DNA of 64,000 nt from the human T2T-CHM13v2.0 reference genome, Homo sapiens. The DNA is taken from the NCBI RefSeq assembly GCF_009914755.1, contig NC_060927.1. One strand, written 5' to 3'. Under the pieces are notes generated by a model. The model was given only the letters and a program-made list of their open reading frames with translations, was not told the DNA's origin and searched no databases. Both the position numbers and the translations under genes were made by a program. Below, one piece after another: positions 59,775 through 64,000 of this stretch (its first letter is position 1; each line of letters begins with the position of its first letter).

Positions 59775-60793
59775 ATGGGGAAAAAACAGAACAGAAAAAC
59801 TGGAAACTCTAAAAATCAGAGCGCCTCTCCACCTCCAAAGGAACGCAGCTCCTCACCAGCAACGGAACAAAGCTGGACGGAGAATGACTTTGACGAGCTG
59901 AGAGAAGAAGGCTTCAGACGATCAAATTACTCTGAGCTACGGGAGGACATTCAAACCAAAGGCAAAGAAGTTGAAAACTTTGAAAAAAATTTAGAAGAAT
60001 GTATAACTAGAATAACCAATACAGAGAAGTGCTTAAAGGAGCTGATGGAGCTGAAAACCAAGGCTCGAGAACTACGTGAAGAATGCAGAAGCCTCAGGAG
60101 CTGATGCAATCAACTGGAAGAAAGGGTATCAGCAATGGAAGATGAAATGAATGAAATGAACCAAGAAGGAAAGTTTAGAGAAAAAAGAATAAAAAGAAAT
60201 GAGCAAAGCCTCCAAGAAATATGGGACTATGTGAAAAGACCAAATCTATGTCTGATTGGTGTACCTGAAAGTGATGGGGAGAATGGAACCAAGTTGGAAA
60301 ACACTCTGCAGGATATTATCCAGGAGAATTTCCCCAATCTAGCAAGGCAGGCCAACATTCAGATTCAGGAAATACAGAGAACACCACAAAGATACTCCTC
60401 GAGAAGAGCAACTCCAAGACACATTATTGTCAGATTCACCAAAGTTGAAATGAAGGAAAAAATGTTAAGGGCAGCCAGAGAGAGAAAGGTCTGGTTACCC
60501 TCAAAGGGAAGCCCATCAGACTAACAGCGGATCTCTCGGCAGAAACCCTACAAGCCAGAAGAGAGTGGGGGCCAATATTCAACATTCTTAAAGAAAAGAA
60601 TTTTCAACCCAGAATTTCATATCCAGCCAAACTAAGCTTCATAAGTGAAGGAGAAATAAAATACTTTACAGACAAGCAAATGCTGAGAGATTTTGTCAAC
60701 ACCAGGCCTGCCCTAAAAGAGCTCCTGAAGGAAGCGCTAAACATGGAAAGGAACAACCGGTACCAGCCGCTGCAAAATCATGCCAAAATGTAA
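59775..60793 (+). pseudogene. LINE-1 ORF1, disrupted
   Basis: CGA>TGA stop at 60102-60104 and a 2-bp insertion near 60480 (span 1019 nt instead of 1017). Confidence 0.92.
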
Positions 60794-60856
60794 AGACCAT
60801 CGAGACTAGGAAGAAACTGCATCAACTAACGAGCAAAATCACCAGCTAACATCATA

Positions 60857-64000
<3,144 letters not shown>

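Overview
Human (or closely related great-ape) genomic DNA, not microbial. The window holds the CpG-island promoter and first coding exon of IGSF11 (BT-IgSF/VSIG3) on the minus strand (ATG at 48321, signal peptide MTSQRSPLAPLLLLSLHG, donor G|GTGAGT). About 48 kb of the following intron lies to its left and 15 kb of upstream sequence to its right. The rest is mostly transposon-derived. The most notable structure is a pair of young L1PA2/L1PA3-type elements in inverted, head-to-head orientation that bracket the promoter. The left one (5' end at 21231) is full length with intact ORF1 and ORF0. Its target-site duplication shows it carries a ~1.38-kb 3' transduction with its own AATAAA and second poly(A). 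The two L1s differ at subfamily-type sites yet share several non-consensus changes, including the same ORF2 nonsense codon, which points to gene conversion between them. Upstream of the promoter there is a nested stack of old L1, LTR8, a HERV-W LTR17 solo LTR and the second young L1. Repeat subfamily names come from recalled consensus motifs, and boundaries of old repeats are approximate.
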